Made by a program: the position numbers and the translations under genes
Shown: one piece after another, positions 28,149 to 32,000 of the stretch
Numbering within the stretch: the stretch's first letter is position 1
How the letters are laid out: each line of letters opens with the position of its first letter
The notes under the pieces: generated by a model
The model's database searches: none
Told to the model about the DNA's origin: nothing
Seen by the model: only the letters and a program-made list of their open reading frames with translations
Source of the DNA: Pseudomonas aeruginosa
Lineage (GTDB): Bacteria; Pseudomonadota; Gammaproteobacteria; Pseudomonadales; Pseudomonadaceae
Direction of reading: 5' to 3'
Assembly (NCBI RefSeq): GCF_001457615.1
Contig: NZ_LN831024.1
Span: 4,530,001 to 4,562,000 of the forward strand
Length of the DNA stretch: 32,000 nt

Positions 28149-28976
28149 TCAGTCGAATTCCACGTCGCCGCGCTGGGCCAGGCCGGCGCCATTGCCGACC
28201 CATACCTCGGCCTTGCCGGCAGCGAGCAGGCGGCCGCCGACCTCGAACGGCTCGGGACAGATCAGCGGGCGCAGGCCGCGATAGGCGAAGCGACGCAGGC
28301 GCGCCTGCGGATTGGCCCGGCAGAACGCGCGCAGGGCCAGGGTGGCGATCAGCGGACCGTGCACCACCAGGCCCGGATAGCCTTCGGCATCGGTGACATA
28401 GGGCCAGTCGTAGTGAATGCGGTGGCCGTTGAAAGTCACCGCCGAGTAGCGGAACAGCAACACCGGATCGGGCTCCAGCGCCTCGCGCCAGTCGCCCTCG
28501 GGCAAGGCCTCGGTACCGCCGAGCTTGGGCGGGGTCGGTTCGCGGTAGACGATGTCGTGCTCTTCGCTCAGCGCCAGTTGGCCGTCCTGGCGGTAGTCGT
28601 GGCGCAGGGTGACGAACAGCAGCGCGCCGCTGCGACCGTGCTTCTCCTCGACCCGGAGGATGGTCGAGGTGCGGCTGGCCTCGCCGCCGACCCGCAGCGG
28701 CTGGTGGAACTCCAGGCGCCCGCCGGCCCACATGCGGTTGCGATCGTCCGCCGGCGGCAGGAAACCGCCGCGCGCCGGGTGGCCGTCGACGCCGAGGCCG
28801 GCGGCCTCCACCGGGTCCTGGAAGAACGCCCAGTGCCAGAGCGGCGGCAGCGCTTCGCCGTGGGCCGGGGTCGGCTCGCCGAAGGTGGCGGCGATGCGCT
28901 TGACCAGGTTGCGGCTCAATTGATCGTGGGTTTCTTCCTGGCGACCGATCCAGGGGGCGAAAGCGGACTCACTCAT
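28149..28976 (-). CDS. ich: Itaconyl-CoA/mesaconyl-CoA hydratase (MaoC-like hot-dog family)
   Basis: 275 aa; N-terminal dehydratase domain and C-terminal RFSAVTFNGHRIHYDWPYVTDAEGYPGLVVHGPLIATL-type motif (FRYSAVTFNGHRIHYDWPYVTDAEGYPGLVVHGPL). First gene of the operon. Confidence 0.87.
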   Translation of the reverse strand: MSESAFAPWIGRQEETHDQLSRNLVKRIAATFGEPTPAHGEALPPLWHWAFFQDPVEAAGLGVDGHPARGGFLPPADDRNRMWAGGRLEFHQPLRVGGEASRTSTILRVEEKHGRSGALLFVTLRHDYRQDGQLALSEEHDIVYREPTPPKLGGTEALPEGDWREALEPDPVLLFRYSAVTFNGHRIHYDWPYVTDAEGYPGLVVHGPLIATLALRAFCRANPQARLRRFAYRGLRPLICPEPFEVGGRLLAAGKAEVWVGNGAGLAQRGDVEFD

Positions 28977-29041
28977 GCGTGGCTTCCCATGACCTAGGGG
29001 GTGATGGGAGGAGAATGATAGGATGCTAGCGTTTTGAGAAT

Positions 29042-29080
29042 TTGCAATTACGCAATGGCGCGTTCGGATTTGCCGAACGC
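29042..29080. promoter_or_regulatory. Candidate LysR-type operator region between ich and its divergent regulator
   Basis: TTGCaattacGCAA (29042-29055; fits T-N11-A) followed by GCGTTCGG-atttg-CCGAACGC (29060-29080), both in the short divergent intergenic region. Confidence 0.5.
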
Positions 29081-29092
29081 CATGGAGTGCCC

Positions 29093-29989
29093 ATGCATTT
29101 CGATCTCGCCGACCTGCGCCTGTTCATCCATATCGCCGAGTCGCCCAGCCTGACCCAGGGCGCGCGCCGCGCCTTCCTTTCCCCGGCCGCCGCCAGCGCG
29201 CGGGTCAAGGCGCTCGAAGGCCAGCTTGGCAGCCGCCTGCTGTATCGCGACAGCCGCGGCGTCGAACTGACCCCGGCGGGCCAGCGCCTGCTACAGCACG
29301 CGCGGCTGATCATGCGCCAGGTGGAATACCTGAAGAGCGAGTTCACCGAGTACGGCAGCGACGCCGCCGGGCATATCCGCATCTTCGCCAATACCACCGC
29401 GGTCACCGAATTCCTTCCGGAAATCCTCGCCGGCTTCCTCGCCGCTCGTCCCGGGGTCACCGTCGACCTGCAGGAACGCCTCAGCCGCGACATTGTCCGC
29501 GGCGTGCTGGACGGCTCCACCGACCTCGGCATCATCGCCGGGCCGGTGGCGGCCACCGGCCTGCAGGTCCTGCATTTCAGCACCGACCGCCTGGTGATGG
29601 CGGTGCCCCAGGGCCATCCGCTGGCCGGACAGGCCAGGGTACGCCTGCGCGACACCCTGCAGTTCCAGCATATCGGCCTGCCCGAGGGCACCACCCTGCA
29701 CGCCTTCCTGTACGAACGGGTGGAGCAGATGGGCGAGCAGCTATCGCTGCGCATCCAGGTCTCCAGCTTCGAGGCGATCTGCCGGATGATCGAGGGCGGC
29801 GTCGGCATCGGCGTGATCCCGCAGTCCGCCGCGCGCCGCCACAGCCGGACGATGAAGCTGGCGACCATCGAACTCGACGAGCCCTGGGCGATCCGCGAGC
29901 GCAGCCTGCTGGTACGCGACCTGGAAGCACTGCCGAGTTGCCTGCGGGCGTTGATCGAGGAGTTGCAGAGGGTGGGAGACAGCCTGTAG
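29093..29989 (+). CDS. itcR: LysR-family transcriptional regulator, likely itaconate-responsive
   Basis: 298 aa MHFDLADLRLFIHIAESPSLTQGARRAFLSPAAASARVKALEGQLGSRLLYR; divergent from the itaconate operon. Symbol by synteny. Confidence 0.8.
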   Translation: MHFDLADLRLFIHIAESPSLTQGARRAFLSPAAASARVKALEGQLGSRLLYRDSRGVELTPAGQRLLQHARLIMRQVEYLKSEFTEYGSDAAGHIRIFANTTAVTEFLPEILAGFLAARPGVTVDLQERLSRDIVRGVLDGSTDLGIIAGPVAATGLQVLHFSTDRLVMAVPQGHPLAGQARVRLRDTLQFQHIGLPEGTTLHAFLYERVEQMGEQLSLRIQVSSFEAICRMIEGGVGIGVIPQSAARRHSRTMKLATIELDEPWAIRERSLLVRDLEALPSCLRALIEELQRVGDSL

Positions 29990-30066
29990 GGCGGATAACG
30001 CCCCTGGCGTTATCCGCGGGGCTCCGGAGAATCGGCGGACAACCGCCAGGCGGTTATCCGCCCTAC
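29986..30066. repeat. Nested inverted repeat (REP-like intergenic element)
   Basis: Outer 14-bp arms gtagggcggataac (29986-29999) / gttatccgccctac (30053-30066); inner perfect 11-bp stem gcggataacgc (29991-30001) / gcgttatccgc (30007-30017). Confidence 0.85.
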
Positions 30067-30122
30067 GACTCCCGACAAGCCGGGGTGCGATCGTCGCGAA
30101 GGGCGCCGCCCACCACTCCCGC

Positions 30123-31070
30123 TCAGTTCGCCAACCCACCGCTCTCCGCCAGGCTGCGCTCGTCCGCGGCGAGCATCGCCGGCATGTGCTCGCGGAGGAA
30201 CTCGACCCAGGTGCGGATCTTCGCATCCAGGTACTGCCGCGAGGGGTAGAGGGCGTAGACGTTGAGATGGAACAGGCTATAGCGCGGCAACACCCGCACC
30301 AGGCTGCCGTCCTTCAGGCCGTTGACCGCCGCGTACACCGGCAGCGCGCCGATACCCATGCCGGAGACCACCGCCTCGGTCATGGCGTCGGCGGTGTTGA
30401 CCTGGAAATGCGTCTGGTTGATGCAGGCCAGTTCCTGGCCGTCGGGCCCGTCGAACAGCCAGCGGTCCAGCGACATCACCGAGTTCACCAGGCGCAGGCA
30501 ACGGTGCGCGGACAGCTCCGCCGGCAGCTTGGGGAAGCCATGCGCGGCAATGTAGCCCGGCGAGGCGCATAGGATGCTGTAGGTCTGGCCGATGCACTTG
30601 GAGACGAAACCGGAGTCCGGCAGCTCGGGGGCGATCACCACGGAAATGTCGTAGCCCTCGTCGAGAATGTCGGTGATCCGGTTGGCCAGGGTCAGGTCGA
30701 AGCCAACCTCCGGGTAGGTCTCGCAATATTGCGAGATGGCCTTGATCAGGTAGTGCTGGCCGATGCCGGTCATCGCGTGGACCTTCAGCGTGCCCGACGG
30801 CCGCGCATGGGCGTCGCCCGCCTCGGCCTCGGCCTCCTCGATGTAGGCGAGTATCTGCTGGGCGCGCATCAGGTAGCGCTGCCCGGCTTCGGTCAGCGCG
30901 ATGCGCCGGGTGGTGCGATGCAGCAGGCGGGTCTGCAGGTGGGCCTCCAGCTTGGCCACCGCACGGGAGACATAGGCGGTCGTCAGGTCCAGGCGCTGGG
31001 CGGCGGCAGTGAAACTGCCGGTCTCCGCGACGCTGACGAACGCGCGCATATTGAACAGGATATCCATCAC
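30123..31070 (-). CDS. LysR-family transcriptional regulator
   Basis: MMDILFNMRAFVSVAETGSFTAAAQRLDLTTAYVSRAVAKLEAHLQTRLLHRTTRRIALTEAG; start could be any of several in-frame Met codons. Confidence 0.92.
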   Translation of the reverse strand: MMDILFNMRAFVSVAETGSFTAAAQRLDLTTAYVSRAVAKLEAHLQTRLLHRTTRRIALTEAGQRYLMRAQQILAYIEEAEAEAGDAHARPSGTLKVHAMTGIGQHYLIKAISQYCETYPEVGFDLTLANRITDILDEGYDISVVIAPELPDSGFVSKCIGQTYSILCASPGYIAAHGFPKLPAELSAHRCLRLVNSVMSLDRWLFDGPDGQELACINQTHFQVNTADAMTEAVVSGMGIGALPVYAAVNGLKDGSLVRVLPRYSLFHLNVYALYPSRQYLDAKIRTWVEFLREHMPAMLAADERSLAESGGLAN

Positions 31071-31286
31071 GGCCCTCTAGGCTCTGACGCTTATGGCGCG
31101 TCTCTTTTCCACGCAACCCGGAGGACACCCCAAGGCGGCGCAGATTCTGTCACGAGTCAACCCACCTATTATTGCCTTTTGTGACAAAAATTTTTCACCT
31201 ATCCGAGCTCTTATCCGCAAGCGCGGGCGCTCCTAGAATTCCCAGCCGTTTCGGCCTCCCCTCGCCGTCGTTCAGGATTCGCAGCA

Positions 31287-32000
31287 GTGCCCCGCGCCAC
31301 CCGGAAAGGTCTCCCCCTGGTTCCACCGGCTCCCCTCGCGTTCTTTCCCAGCCCCGACGAATTGCGCCGCGCCCTGCTCGAATGGGCGCGTAGCGACGGC
31401 GTCGCCTGGGTCTTCGTGTTCAAGGCCCTGCTCACCGCCAGCCTCGCCCTGTGGCTGGCCTATCGCCTGGAGCTGCCGCAGCCGAGCACGGTGCTGGTGA
31501 CGGTCTTCATCGTCATGCAGACGCAGAGCGGGCAGGTCCTAGCCAAGAGCTTCTACCGCATCGTCGGAACCCTGATCGGCCTCAGCGTGATGGTCACTCT
31601 GATCGCCCTGTTCGCCCAGGAGCGCGTGCTGTTCCTCGCCTGCCTGGCGCTCTGGGTCGGCCTGTGCACCGCCGGCGCCGCGCGCTACCGCGATTTCCGC
31701 GGCTACGCCTGCGTACTCGCCGGCTACACCGCGACCATGATCGGGATTCCAGCCACCGCGCACCCGGAAGGCGCCTTCATGGCGGCGCTGTGGCGGGTCC
31801 TGGAAATATCCCTGGGCATCCTCTGCACCGGTACCGTCAGCGCCATCTTCCTGCCGCAGACCAGCGGCGCCGCCCTGCGCAACACACTCTACGGGCGCTT
31901 CCGCGACTTCGCCGGTTTCGCCGCCGAAGGCCTGCAGGGCAGCCTCGACGGCGAGCGCTTCGGCGAGCTCAGCGCGCGCTTCGTCGCCCAGTCCGTGGGC
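31287..32000 (+). CDS. FUSC/aromatic-acid-exporter-like membrane protein, 3' truncated by window edge
   Basis: Open frame absent from the ORF track because it leaves the window: VPRATRKGLPLVPPAPLAFFPSPDELRRALLEWARSDGVAWVFVFKALLTASLALWLAYRLELPQPSTVLVTVFIVMQTQSGQVLAKSFYRIVGTLIG... GTG start at 31287 (uncertain); an in-frame TGA lies at 31182. Confidence 0.85.
   Translation, partial: MPRATRKGLPLVPPAPLAFFPSPDELRRALLEWARSDGVAWVFVFKALLTASLALWLAYRLELPQPSTVLVTVFIVMQTQSGQVLAKSFYRIVGTLIGLSVMVTLIALFAQERVLFLACLALWVGLCTAGAARYRDFRGYACVLAGYTATMIGIPATAHPEGAFMAALWRVLEISLGILCTGTVSAIFLPQTSGAALRNTLYGRFRDFAGFAAEGLQGSLDGERFGELSARFVAQSVG

Noticed and set aside
31181-31198. GTGA...TCAC pair as a possible CRP/Vfr site
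   Set aside because: Spacing between GTGA and TCAC is 10 bp rather than 6 bp and the centre is simply A-run/T-run, so it does not fit the CRP/Vfr consensus.

Overview
This window looks like an ordinary core-genome segment of Pseudomonas aeruginosa (GC-rich, recognised from protein content and gene order). From left to right it contains: alaS; a low-specificity threonine aldolase; the arginine succinyltransferase catabolic cluster aruCFGDB-(small ORF)-aruE on the minus strand; a small conserved ORF; the arginine/ornithine ABC transport operon aotJQMOP-argR on the minus strand; acsA; a nine-gene minus-strand operon with itaconate catabolism genes (ich, ict, ccl), three accessory enzymes and a three-part TRAP transporter, with a divergent LysR regulator; and a second LysR gene divergent from a truncated FUSC/aromatic-acid-exporter-like gene that runs off the right edge. 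I see no CRISPR array, transposon, prophage, rRNA/tRNA or obvious defence system, so I do not claim a new system. The observations most worth a second look are: (1) MmgE/PrpD, VOC and acyl-CoA dehydrogenase genes inside the itaconate operon; (2) a bipartite motif, GCAATGGCG..CCGAACGC, in the LysR/ich divergent region that recurs ahead of the TRAP module inside the operon; (3) near-identical ArgR/-10 architecture at the aotJ and aruC promoters; (4) two 14-bp direct repeats at 22-bp spacing upstream of acsA; (5) a nested palindromic repeat between the two LysR genes; (6) a small protein with a His/Cys-rich tail inside the aru operon. All family assignments are from memory of sequence motifs and synteny; no database search was run.
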